Assembly (NCBI GenBank): GCA_963662465.1
Contig: OY759599.1
Location: forward strand, 5,152,001 to 5,216,000
Direction: 5' to 3'
DNA: 64,000 bases
Source of the DNA: Desulfatiglandales bacterium
GTDB lineage: Bacteria > Desulfobacterota > DSM-4660 > Desulfatiglandales > Desulfatiglandaceae
The position numbers and the translations under genes were made by a program. Position 1 is the first letter of the stretch; the number at the start of each line of letters is the position of its first letter. This document shows, in pieces, positions 31,405-40,656 of this stretch. The notes under the pieces were generated by a model, which was not told the origin of the DNA, did not search any database, and saw only the letters and a program-made list of their open reading frames with translations.

Positions 31405-32328
31405 TTAAAGGGTTGCCGCCCCAACCTGCCGGTAGCGATGTGAAATTTGTTCGGCAATCACATTAAACGCCAATGTAAACAAAAACAGGATGATGGCCGT
31501 GGCGAAAAGGGCGTAATAATGTTCGCTCTGAAAAGGCGCCTCCGCCATTTCCGCCGCAATGCTGGCCGGCATGGGTCTTACGGGATCAAACAGCGATGTG
31601 GGAATCATGGCGGCGCCCCCCGCCACCATGAGGACCACCATGGTTTCTCCCATGGCCCTTGACATCCCCAGGATGACGGCGGTGCATATGCCGGAAATGG
31701 AGGCTGGAAAAATAACCCGTGCAATGGTCTCCCAGTGCGTGGCTCCCAAAGCCAGCGAGGCCTCTTTCAATTCCACAGGAACGCCGAAGATGGCATCTTC
31801 CGAGAGACTGCAAATGGTTGGAATCGACATGAAGGCCAGCATCAAGGAGGCATTGAAAAGATTGAGCCCCGTGGGGATATCCAGCATTTCCTGTAGAAAA
31901 GGGGCCACAATGACCATTCCGAAAAACCCGATCACCACGGAGGGGAGGGACGCCAGAAGCTCGACAATGGGTTTGACCCACTCGCGGACCCTGGCTGATG
32001 CGCCCTCCGCGAGATAGAGTGCCGTCAATACCCCCAGGGGAATGGAAATCACCGATGAAACCGCCGTAACAGCCAAAGATGCTACAATCAGGGGCAAAAT
32101 TCCGAAGTCGGGAGGGTCATCGGTGGGATACCAATATTTCCCGAAAACAAAGTCCGTAATCGAGACCTTTTCAAAAATCGGAATGCCCTCCACAAACAGG
32201 AAGAGGGCAATCAGAAAAAGGGTGGTGATGGACGCCAGGGCCACCCCGAAGAAAATAAACCGGATCATCTTCTCCCTGTTTTGACGATCCGTTCCGGTTT
32301 TTTTTCTGTTTGACATGCTACCCATCAT
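31405..32328 (-). CDS. pstC: Phosphate ABC transporter permease
   Basis: ELLASLPSVVIG, RAMGETM. Confidence 0.96.
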   Translation of the reverse strand: MMGSMSNRKKTGTDRQNREKMIRFIFFGVALASITTLFLIALFLFVEGIPIFEKVSITDFVFGKYWYPTDDPPDFGILPLIVASLAVTAVSSVISIPLGVLTALYLAEGASARVREWVKPIVELLASLPSVVIGFFGMVIVAPFLQEMLDIPTGLNLFNASLMLAFMSIPTICSLSEDAIFGVPVELKEASLALGATHWETIARVIFPASISGICTAVILGMSRAMGETMVVLMVAGGAAMIPTSLFDPVRPMPASIAAEMAEAPFQSEHYYALFATAIILFLFTLAFNVIAEQISHRYRQVGAATL

Positions 32329-32331
32329 CCA

Positions 32332-33162
32332 TCAAAACAGGGGAACGTAGCCTGCTTCGGCAACATATTTCTGGCCTTTTTCGGGATTTAGCATAAAATT
32401 GATGAAATTCAACACATCCCCCTTGGGCCATCCCGGCGTAAACATGAAGAGAGGCCGGCTGATGGGATAGGTGCCGTTCAGGGTTGTCTCCGCCGATCCG
32501 ACAATCCGGTTGACCATCAAAGGCTTTGTGTCCTGGCTTAAATATCCGACGCCGATATAACCGATGGCGTTTTTGTTCTTTGCCACCGCCTGGGAAACCG
32601 CCCCATTGGATGCCTGGAGAAGGGCGCCCGGATACACCCGCTCTTTATTCATAACCTTCTTTTCCCAAACCTCATAGGTGCCCGAAGAGGTGTCCCGCGA
32701 GATGACCACGACAGGCCGATCAGGGCCGCCCATCTCTTTCCAGTTTTTGACCTTTCCCATGTAAATGTCCTTGAGCTGCGCCATGGTGATATTGACAATG
32801 GGGTTGGTGGGATGGACCACCGGCACGATACAGTCATAGGCAACCGCAAAGGGTACCGGATAAATCCCGTTTTTGACGGCCAGACTGACTTCCTTATCCT
32901 TAATGAACCGGGAGCTGTCGGCAATATCCGTTGACCCGTCAATCAGCGCCTTCATGCCATTGCCGGAACCACCACCTGAAATGGATATCTTGATGTTGGG
33001 ATTTTGTTTCATGTAGGCCTCAGAGACCTTCTGAGCAATGGGAAGCACCGTGGTTGACCCCTTGATCACAATGTTTCCCGCCCATGCCATACCGATGGTA
33101 AAAAAGGCCGCTACGAGAAATGTCAGTATTGCCATACCTTTGATTTTCATTTTTTCCTCCAT
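32332..33162 (-). CDS. pstS: Phosphate-binding protein
   Basis: GSTTVLP, GGGSGNG, SRDTSSGT, YPISRPL. Confidence 0.96.
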   Translation of the reverse strand: MEEKMKIKGMAILTFLVAAFFTIGMAWAGNIVIKGSTTVLPIAQKVSEAYMKQNPNIKISISGGGSGNGMKALIDGSTDIADSSRFIKDKEVSLAVKNGIYPVPFAVAYDCIVPVVHPTNPIVNITMAQLKDIYMGKVKNWKEMGGPDRPVVVISRDTSSGTYEVWEKKVMNKERVYPGALLQASNGAVSQAVAKNKNAIGYIGVGYLSQDTKPLMVNRIVGSAETTLNGTYPISRPLFMFTPGWPKGDVLNFINFMLNPEKGQKYVAEAGYVPLF

Positions 33163-33251
33163 AAATTTAAAAGTGTCAGCATAAAAGCCGCATTTTGCTC
33201 GGTGACGAAAGCACCCAGCATAAGTTCCCTCAGATCAACAATAGTTCCCAA

Positions 33252-33270
33252 TTGTTAGATTTCCGTTAGG
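33252..33270 (-). promoter_or_regulatory. Pho-box-like direct repeat upstream of pstS
   Basis: GTTAG at 33254 and 33265 (11-bp period). Confidence 0.65.
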
Positions 33271-33327
33271 ATCGCATTTTTGTTTTATTAATAACTTCAT
33301 GCAGTACCCTTTACCGTCAATATCTTC

Positions 33328-33368
33328 GGTATCCACCCGGACAATTTTCCCCATCCGGATGGATACCG
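33328..33368. terminator. Hairpin after the porin gene
   Basis: CGGTATCCA-C-CCGGA...TCCGG-A-TGGATACCG. Confidence 0.55.
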
Positions 33369-33380
33369 GCAACGGGCTTG

Positions 33381-34703
33381 TTAAAACTTGAAGTTCACGT
33401 CAAATTGAAAAAGATTTGAGGGTTCGTCTGTCTTCCCGGGATCGAAATCGATCTTTTTGGCGTAATAATAGTCCAGGTCCAGCCACACATGTTTTGCCAA
33501 ACCGAATTTAAGTTCAACTTCGTGGCCTTTGGCATTGGTTTTGCCGTCGTAAAAATCACTGTCGGGGAGGAAGTCCAATACCGCATCCCGTTCCAAATAC
33601 CGGTAATTGTATTTGAATTCCCAGTCCCCGAATTTCTTAACACTTCGTCCGAATTTCACACCGGCCAACCACCCGGTATCGTTGGAATCCGCATCGGAGT
33701 TAATATATTCACCAAAAACGGCCAGCTTCTGAAAGTATCCACTGAATTTAAAACCGACCTCTCCATCAAACCCGATGGAGGAGTAGTTGTACAGAAGGTC
33801 TCCATCAACGTTCGTTGAGTTGCTTCCGGAACTGTACTCAAATTGGTTTCCCTTGACCTCGTTGTTGTAATACCAGGAGCCCGCCAATTTGATGGAGATG
33901 CCATCGGTCGGGTTTAGCGTGATACCCGGCTGCAATACAAACATGGTGGCGGTTTCTTCTTCTGATTTAAATTCCGAAAGCACGAATAGGGCGGGGGTTA
34001 CAAAGAACCCGAACATATCATTGACCTTGTACGTGAAAGGCGCCGTGCCGCCCTGGGGTCGAATATCCGAGTCCCAGACCAGGTCTTTGGTTTTGTAGAT
34101 AGGATTTTTCATCTGACCACCGATGATCTTCCATTGTTCAAATGGCTGATATTGCCCATAGGCATAATCGATGCGGGCATCGGGAGTTTCAAAGGAGTTG
34201 GTGAAGGTCTGGTTGGTGGAACGCGGATCGCCGGAGCCGGAACAAAGTCCGAAACCCACCTGCCATTGTTTGTCCTGGGTCACATCCGCAATGGCGCCAA
34301 AGCGCCATCGGTAACGCCCCCTGTTCCGGTTGGTTTCGACGCCATCACTCTTTTCGAGATCCTGGTACTGATAACGGAGCCTGAAATCCCCCTTGAAATG
34401 GATGCGATTGACCCACTTGGGAACGCCGGCAAACTTGCCACTCGCCGCCTCTTTTTTGACCGTCTTTTCAGCCGTCTCCTTGGCCACCTTTTCCGCGGTT
34501 TCTTTTACCGTGGTTTCTTGCCTGGCGCCCTCTTTCTGCATTTCCTTCATCAGTTGCTCCGCCTCCTTTTGATTGAGCAACCCTTTTTCCACCAGTTTGT
34601 TGATCAGAACATCGACCTCCGCGGCATGAGATGATGGCATCCCGAAATTAAACAGCAGGACGACCATAAGGCACGCCACAAGTGTGATTTTTTTCATTTG
34701 CAT
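33381..34703 (-). CDS. Putative (phosphate-selective) porin
   Basis: Signal peptide, LVEKGLL coiled-coil N-terminus, GDFRLRY, DPRSTNQT, C-terminal FQFDVNFKF; directly upstream of pstS. Confidence 0.85.
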   Translation of the reverse strand: MQMKKITLVACLMVVLLFNFGMPSSHAAEVDVLINKLVEKGLLNQKEAEQLMKEMQKEGARQETTVKETAEKVAKETAEKTVKKEAASGKFAGVPKWVNRIHFKGDFRLRYQYQDLEKSDGVETNRNRGRYRWRFGAIADVTQDKQWQVGFGLCSGSGDPRSTNQTFTNSFETPDARIDYAYGQYQPFEQWKIIGGQMKNPIYKTKDLVWDSDIRPQGGTAPFTYKVNDMFGFFVTPALFVLSEFKSEEETATMFVLQPGITLNPTDGISIKLAGSWYYNNEVKGNQFEYSSGSNSTNVDGDLLYNYSSIGFDGEVGFKFSGYFQKLAVFGEYINSDADSNDTGWLAGVKFGRSVKKFGDWEFKYNYRYLERDAVLDFLPDSDFYDGKTNAKGHEVELKFGLAKHVWLDLDYYYAKKIDFDPGKTDEPSNLFQFDVNFKF

Positions 34704-34829
34704 TTAGTTTTTCCTTTCATTCAATATTTTCCATTATGACGACTCTCCCTCCTCCTAAAGTGCTGGTGGTTTCACCTCCTCCCTGAAAATCATATATGTT
34801 CCATGGTTGGGTGATGATGAATCAGGTGC

Positions 34830-34867
34830 ATTAGCAATCTATTAGGAAGGCGTTAGATTTTGGTGAA
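34830..34867 (-). promoter_or_regulatory. Pho-box-like array upstream of the porin
   Basis: TTAG at 34831, 34842 and 34853, TGAA at 34864 (11-bp period). Confidence 0.6.
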
Positions 34868-35070
34868 ATCAAAATTGAATAGAAAAGATTTACTAAATAT
34901 AATAATTTTTAAATTCCATATGGAGGATCAACGGGGTGTTTTCCGTGAATTTTTATTGCGGGCGCTTGTGAGATGGTCTGGAACAGGATTGGGTGGAACA
35001 GGAAAAGGACGTCCCATTCCTATCCCACCCAGAGAGAGTAATAAAGAAGCTTATTCAAAATATCCATCCT

Positions 35071-35110
35071 TTGTTAGATTTCCGTGAGAGACAGGTTAGC
35101 AGTGCGTGAT
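35071..35110 (-). promoter_or_regulatory. Pho-box-like array
   Basis: GTTAG/GTGAG/GTTAG/GTGAT at 35073, 35084, 35095, 35106; TTGTTAGATTTCCGT is identical to the pstS box. Confidence 0.65.
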
Positions 35111-35182
35111 ATGTGAAAAAACCCTGAAAAAGCAAACTGCCTCCGGTTCAGAGAAAACCGAGCGGCTTTCTGCTTGGCCGCA

Positions 35183-35419
35183 TCAGGCCAGACCGTTAAT
35201 GACATCCCGGACATGGCTGCTTTTTCGCAACCATGATGAAATATTCTCCCGCACATCCGCCGGAAGACCTCTGTCAAGAATTTTAAACTCCATTACATCT
35301 GTCGCCCTCTCATAGTTCATCATGATGCGGGGTGCTGCATTTCCTTCGGGGGAAAAGCCCGCGGAATGAGGAAGGTCAAATACCCAGTGCAGGCGATTGA
35401 TGTATCTCGTGTTTCCCAT
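35183..35419 (-). CDS. Small hypothetical protein
   Basis: 78 aa with a strong SD AAGGAG 7 nt before ATG. Confidence 0.6.
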   Translation of the reverse strand: MGNTRYINRLHWVFDLPHSAGFSPEGNAAPRIMMNYERATDVMEFKILDRGLPADVRENISSWLRKSSHVRDVINGLA

Positions 35420-35553
35420 AATGTTACTCCTTACCCGGCAAACCGGTACTGGAAAAAAGGTTATTTTTCGATTCTATTTTTTTCTCAAACCATTTTGGAC
35501 AAGCGTCATTTTCCAAAAAAATATAATGCTGCCGAATAAAATACGCATGGATT

Positions 35554-35591
35554 GTTAAGAAAACATTACGCTTTCATTAATGTTTCATGAA
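35554..35591 (-). promoter_or_regulatory. Weaker Pho-box-like array
   Basis: GTTAA/ATTAC/ATTAA/ATGAA at 35554, 35565, 35576, 35587. Confidence 0.45.
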
Positions 35592-35657
35592 CGGTTTTAA
35601 GTTCAAGGTTTTAAGTTTTAAGTAAAAATCAGAAGGAGACAGACGAGGGCGAATTTC

Positions 35658-36893
35658 TCACCGGACCTTTTTTAGAAACAGGCTGGTGTTCACGCCGCCG
35701 AAGGCAAAGTTTTGAATGGAAGCGATATTGATGGAGGTTTCGCGTAACGTTTGGGTGTGACGAATCATGGCGCATCTGGGGTCAATTTCATCCAGGTTCA
35801 GGGTGGGCGGGATAAACCCCTTCTCTATCATATAGAGGGCAATGATGGTTTCAATGACCCCGCATGATCCCATGGTGTGGCCCATATAACTCTTGAGGCC
35901 CGTAACGTGGGGGCTGTTCCCATAAACACTTGAAATCGCCATGGCTTCGGCCACATCGCCCATTTTTGTGGCTGTGGCATGGGCGCTGACAAAATCCACA
36001 TCCCCGGGTCCTATTCCGGCATTTTTTAAGCCCTGAACAATGGTCTCTCTGATGCCGTTCATGTTGGGCAGAATCATGTCTCCGCCGTTGTTGCCGCACC
36101 AGAAACCCATCACCTCTCCCAGGATATTGGCACCTCTTTTTCTGGCGAATTCGTACTCTTCCAGCAAAACCGCGCCGGCCCCTTCCCCCACCACCAGTCC
36201 GTCCCGCTTAATGTCAAAGGGGCGAGGCGTGAGATGAGGCGCATCATTATACCCCGTTGAACAGGCCAACAGATTGTCAAATACGGCCACGGTGGTGGTG
36301 TCATACTCGTCGGCCCCACCGCAAACCATGGCGTCCTGCATGCCGTATTTTACCGCCTCATACCCATATCCAATGGATTGGCTGCTGGTGGTGCAGGCCG
36401 TGCAGGAAGAGATCACCCGGCCGGTAATCTGAAACATCTTGGTAATGTTGACCGCGGTGGTATGCACCATGCTTTTAAGGTAATCCACCGCGCCGATGGC
36501 AGCGAACCGCGCATCCGAACCACTGAAAAAATGTTCATAAATCTGCCGCTGCACAGTGGGACTGCCATGGGTTGAACCAAAGGCCACCCCGAGCCTGCCC
36601 GAAGAGATGAAATCCTGTTCCAGGCCGGCGGCGTCGAGTACCTCCTTAACCACCTGGCAGGCGTAGTAGGCCACCGGCCCCATGGTCTTGCGATACTTCC
36701 TTGGAAAATCGAAATCAATGGGGTAACCGACAGTCCCGAATACTCGGGATTCCACGCGACGGGTCAGGAGGTCGTCTTCCCGAATTTTCGTCACGCCCGA
36801 TTTTCCATTGATAAGGCTATCAATCAGGTCATCCTTGGCATGGCCGATGGGGGTAATGGCCGAGGCGGCTGTGATGACAACTCTTCTTTCCAT
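35658..36893 (-). CDS. Beta-ketoacyl-ACP synthase (FabF-like, ApeR-type suspected)
   Basis: TACTTS active-site Cys, AHATAT, KSYMGHTMG, NFAFGG. Confidence 0.92.
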   Translation of the reverse strand: MERRVVITAASAITPIGHAKDDLIDSLINGKSGVTKIREDDLLTRRVESRVFGTVGYPIDFDFPRKYRKTMGPVAYYACQVVKEVLDAAGLEQDFISSGRLGVAFGSTHGSPTVQRQIYEHFFSGSDARFAAIGAVDYLKSMVHTTAVNITKMFQITGRVISSCTACTTSSQSIGYGYEAVKYGMQDAMVCGGADEYDTTTVAVFDNLLACSTGYNDAPHLTPRPFDIKRDGLVVGEGAGAVLLEEYEFARKRGANILGEVMGFWCGNNGGDMILPNMNGIRETIVQGLKNAGIGPGDVDFVSAHATATKMGDVAEAMAISSVYGNSPHVTGLKSYMGHTMGSCGVIETIIALYMIEKGFIPPTLNLDEIDPRCAMIRHTQTLRETSINIASIQNFAFGGVNTSLFLKKVR

Positions 36894-36910
36894 GGGGGTT
36901 CCTGTTTTGA

Positions 36911-37007
36911 GGCGGCAAGCCGCGGTTTTAAGTTTTAGGTTTTAAGTTTTAAGTTTTAAGTTTTCCCGTCAATGAATTTCTTGTTTTTTATGACAGGGTT
37001 TCAGGAA
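36911..37007 (+). repeat. Dispersed element GGCGGYAAGCCGCGG-(TTTTAAG)n, copy A
   Basis: Five heptamers at 36926-36960; head and tail shared with the inverted copy at 38285-38360. Confidence 0.8.
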
Positions 37008-37014
37008 GGAAAAC

Positions 37015-37278
37015 CTACAGCAAAGCCCTCTTTCCGGCAAGCGCCTCAACATAATTGCAAATCTGATTGATGGTGCGAATCTCCATTGCGTCTTTTTTTT
37101 CCTGACGGGTCAATTCCGAATCCAGCATCTTTTCAATTTCGCCCAATAGCTCCAGCGCATCGATGCTGTCGAAGTCATGCACCTCCGTCAGATTATCATC
37201 CAGGCCGGGATTGACGATTTCAAATTCCTTTTCAAAAATTGTTAACAGGGTTGTTTTTATCTCATCTCGTGTCATCAA
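37015..37278 (-). CDS. Acyl carrier protein
   Basis: Acidic 87-aa protein with FDSIDALEL phosphopantetheine motif. Confidence 0.9.
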   Translation of the reverse strand: MMTRDEIKTTLLTIFEKEFEIVNPGLDDNLTEVHDFDSIDALELLGEIEKMLDSELTRQEKKDAMEIRTINQICNYVEALAGKRALL

Positions 37279-37369
37279 ACCGCCTCGTTTTTTTTATGGC
37301 ATTGTACATCCAATGCTATTGAATTGCTGAAGAGATGTCAATGTGGAACGAAGTTCCGTCTATCTGAAA

Positions 37370-38260
37370 TTAAACAATTTTGTTACCAAGGAAGGGGTCA
37401 AAGTGGTACCATTGGAAGGGATGGCGCCGAAGATTTTGCGCCAGATGGTCGGCATATTCCTGCGCGGCTTTTTGAATGGCGCCCTGTCTATGGGCCCGAG
37501 AAAAACTCTCGATGGCAATCGGCGCGCTGATTGAAACATGGTATCGCTCCCTGCCGGTGCGCCAGGCAAAAAAGATATACAGGGGGACGTGAGAAAGAAG
37601 GGCCAGCAGATAAGGCGTCTCGGGAATCGTCGCTTCGTATCCCAGAAAAGACACCGAAACACTTCGCTGATCCTCACGCCAGAGAACATCGCCCGTCATG
37701 GACACCATACCACCGCCTCTAAGCTGCTTAACCCCTTCAACAATATCAAAAGGAGAACCGCCGTCCCTGTGGATGGCAATGACCCTGATGCCGGTTTTTT
37801 GAAAATCGTCCTTTTGCAGCCTTTCAATCTGCTCTTTCTGCTTTGCCCCCATATAAAGCAATAAACTGATTTCCGGCAGCTCCCTTTTCAGATGATGGGC
37901 CGCCGCCTCCCAACTCCCCGCATGGGACATGAGAATCACGCCCCCCGTGCGATTCTTTACGGCGCGTTCAAGATGTTCCAGGCCCCTTGAAGAAAAAGAA
38001 GCGATGCCCGAAGGGTTTACAATCATTGCCCTTTCGAGAAAAACATCCGTAAACGCATGGAATTGTTTCCAGGTACACCAGACATGGTAAGATGAGTGCC
38101 GGTTCGGAAAAAGCGCCCTGTAGAAGTTGATCCCCGTTTTGACGCGACGGGGAAACAGAACAAAATAACCGGTTGCAACAAACCAGGCAAAAAATCTGAA
38201 AAACCATTGGCCGAACTTTTCGGACCCGAATACAAGGGTTTTGTAAAACCATTTCTTCAT
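37370..38260 (-). CDS. LpxL/LpxP-superfamily acyltransferase
   Basis: GVILMSHAGSWE, MTGD, VSFLG, PFQWYHF. Confidence 0.85.
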   Translation of the reverse strand: MKKWFYKTLVFGSEKFGQWFFRFFAWFVATGYFVLFPRRVKTGINFYRALFPNRHSSYHVWCTWKQFHAFTDVFLERAMIVNPSGIASFSSRGLEHLERAVKNRTGGVILMSHAGSWEAAAHHLKRELPEISLLLYMGAKQKEQIERLQKDDFQKTGIRVIAIHRDGGSPFDIVEGVKQLRGGGMVSMTGDVLWREDQRSVSVSFLGYEATIPETPYLLALLSHVPLYIFFAWRTGRERYHVSISAPIAIESFSRAHRQGAIQKAAQEYADHLAQNLRRHPFQWYHFDPFLGNKIV

Positions 38261-38284
38261 TATCCAGGGCCGTTAATGCCTTGT

Positions 38285-38360
38285 TTCCTGAAACTCTGTT
38301 AGAAAAAAGAATCCACTCCTTGTCGGGAAGACTTAAAACTTAAAACCGCGGCTTACCGCC
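38285..38360 (-). repeat. Dispersed element, copy B (inverted)
   Basis: Reverse complement reads GGCGGTAAGCCGCGGTTTTAAGTTTTAAGTCTTCCCGACAAGGA...ACAGAGTTTCAGGAA. Confidence 0.8.
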
Positions 38361-38774
38361 TTAGAACCCCAGCGCCTTGCGAATTGCCTCAGGGATTTCA
38401 AACATCATTTCCATTTGTGGGTATAGCACCGCGACCTGCTCGCTTCTTCCTCTGGCGCAAATCTTATCTTGTCCTCTTCGCCTGATCTCAAAATCCATGA
38501 CGATCTTGATCCCAGCCTCCAACACGGTGACCTTGCAGAGGAGTTCGTCGCGGTTTCGAAGGGCGATGATGTGCTTGGTGGAAGTTTTAATAATGGGAAA
38601 CAGAACACTCGTTTTTTCAAAATAGTCCTGAAGATCAATGCCACATTCATCAAGCAGGGCAAACCGGGCCAAGTCAAAATATTTCATCAGGTGCCCATGC
38701 CAGACAATATTCATGGGATCCAGATCGTGAAAGGGAACCTTTATTGCCACCTCGCAGCATTTTCGATTTTCCAT
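38361..38774 (-). CDS. Hot-dog-fold acyl-CoA/ACP thioesterase (4HBT family)
   Basis: VPFHDLDPMNIVWHGHLMKYFDLAR. Confidence 0.9.
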   Translation of the reverse strand: MENRKCCEVAIKVPFHDLDPMNIVWHGHLMKYFDLARFALLDECGIDLQDYFEKTSVLFPIIKTSTKHIIALRNRDELLCKVTVLEAGIKIVMDFEIRRRGQDKICARGRSEQVAVLYPQMEMMFEIPEAIRKALGF

Positions 38775-38928
38775 AGCATGTCGGGGTCATAGCCGATTTA
38801 GGCAGTTTTCTGAATCAAAGACCTGTCAACTTATTTTACCCGACCCTTTCATGTCAAGAATTTATTGACGGCATTTGGGGATGCTGATACCATAACCCGT
38901 AAAATTTATTCAGAATAAAGGTGAAAAA

Positions 38929-40500
38929 ATGAAAGTCAGCAGCGTCAAGGAAATGAGAGAGATGGACAGGACCGCCATTGAGACCTACGGCATTAGAGAA
39001 GAACTGCTCATGGAAAATGCCGGGGATGCGGTCTATTTTGTTATTTCGAACCAGTTCGGTATACAAAACAAGCGCTTCATTGTCTTTTGCGGAATGGGCA
39101 ACAATGGCGGCGACGGTTTCGTTATCGCGAGAAAGCTTCATTCCAACGGCGGATTTGTCAAGGTCTTTATCCTGGGCAATCAAGAAAAGTATCTGGGAGC
39201 GGCAAAACTGAACCTGGATATTCTGAAGAATCTGCCCGTTGAGATCCGACAGGTTGACGCCGCATCATCCGTCCTTATGGAGATCACACACTCGGACGCT
39301 ATTGTAGACGCAATTCTGGGAACCGGGCTGATGCGGGAAGTCGAAGGTTTTTACCGGGATATCATTGCCGGCATTAACAAAAGCGGAAAAACCGTATTCA
39401 GTGCGGACATTCCCTCCGGCGTGGCAGGGGACACGGGAAAAGTGATGGGGATTGCCGTAAAAGCAGATTACACCGTGACCTTCGGTCTTCCCAAATTGGG
39501 AAATCTCCTGTTTCCGGGCTATGATTTATGCGGGAATTTATATGTGACCCATATCTCTTTTCCTCCGGAACTTTATAATGCCGATGATCTGAAAGTCGCT
39601 ATAACACCCCCCATAGACCTTCCCCCAAGGGATGCCGATGTCCACAAGGGAAGTATGGGGCAAGTCCTCTTTATTTCCGGCGCCGCGGGCTATTTTGGGG
39701 CCCCGTACTTTTCAGCCCTTTCTTTTCTAAAAGCCGGTGGTGGGTATTCACGTCTTGCGGCCCCCCAATCCATCACCCCTTTTATTGCAAGCAAAGGCAG
39801 CGAAATCGTTTTTCTGCCGCAAAAAGAGACGGCATCAGGGAGTATCGCCCTTCTGAACAAAGACTTTCTGCTGGACCTGGCCAATAACATGGACATGGTT
39901 GTGTTGGGGCCCGGTTTATCCCTGGACCCGGAGACCCAGACCCTGGTGAGATTCCTTGTAAAAGCGCTGAACGTTCCCCTTCTGCTGGATGGGGACGGCA
40001 TTACCGCCATTTGCAGTGACCTCCAGATCCTGAAAGAACGAAAAGCAGAAACCATCCTGACACCCCATTTGGGTGAAATGGCCAGGATTGCGGGTATGGA
40101 TGCGGCGGAAATTGAGTACCATAAAATAGACATCCTGCAACAAACCGCCCGGCAGTTGCAAGCTACAGTGGTATTGAAAGGCGCACACACCCTCATCGGA
40201 ATGCCGGACAACCGGGTTTTCATCAATATGTCGGGAAATTCCGGCATGGCCACGGCCGGTTCCGGCGATGTTTTAACCGGGGTCATTTCCGCCATGTTCG
40301 GCCTTGGGTTGAAAATTGAAGACGCCGTGTTGAAAGGTGTGTTTATTCATGGTTTCGCGGGTGATCTTGCAGCGGAAGAAAAAGGCGTGGACGGCATGAC
40401 GGCCCAGGACATCCTTGACCATTTACCCCTGGCGCTCAAAAAAGAGCGGGAAGGTCTCGGCACGGCCATTGAGCGCTACAAGGGCGCTGCAATCATTTAA
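38929..40500 (+). CDS. nnr: Bifunctional NAD(P)H-hydrate epimerase/dehydratase
   Basis: LMENAG, GNNGGDG, DIPSG, HKGSMG, TPHLGE, MATAGSGDVL. Confidence 0.96.
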   Translation: MKVSSVKEMREMDRTAIETYGIREELLMENAGDAVYFVISNQFGIQNKRFIVFCGMGNNGGDGFVIARKLHSNGGFVKVFILGNQEKYLGAAKLNLDILKNLPVEIRQVDAASSVLMEITHSDAIVDAILGTGLMREVEGFYRDIIAGINKSGKTVFSADIPSGVAGDTGKVMGIAVKADYTVTFGLPKLGNLLFPGYDLCGNLYVTHISFPPELYNADDLKVAITPPIDLPPRDADVHKGSMGQVLFISGAAGYFGAPYFSALSFLKAGGGYSRLAAPQSITPFIASKGSEIVFLPQKETASGSIALLNKDFLLDLANNMDMVVLGPGLSLDPETQTLVRFLVKALNVPLLLDGDGITAICSDLQILKERKAETILTPHLGEMARIAGMDAAEIEYHKIDILQQTARQLQATVVLKGAHTLIGMPDNRVFINMSGNSGMATAGSGDVLTGVISAMFGLGLKIEDAVLKGVFIHGFAGDLAAEEKGVDGMTAQDILDHLPLALKKEREGLGTAIERYKGAAII

Positions 40501-40630
40501 AGAAATGGATACTGCCGCGTGTTTTTTTTACCGCCACGCCTGTGGCCTTTTTGATACATTCGGCCCTCTCTCTCTGCAAGGTTTCATGTAAATATATGTC
40601 ACATCTGGTTATTTCAAGATGAGACGTTTA

Positions 40631-40646
40631 TGGCAAGGATTTTGCA
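40631..40646 (+). promoter_or_regulatory. Sigma-54 (-24/-12) promoter
   Basis: TGGCAAGGATTTTGCA = TGGCA...TTGCA with GG-N10-GC spacing. Confidence 0.7.
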
Positions 40647-40656
40647 GCATTAGCAA

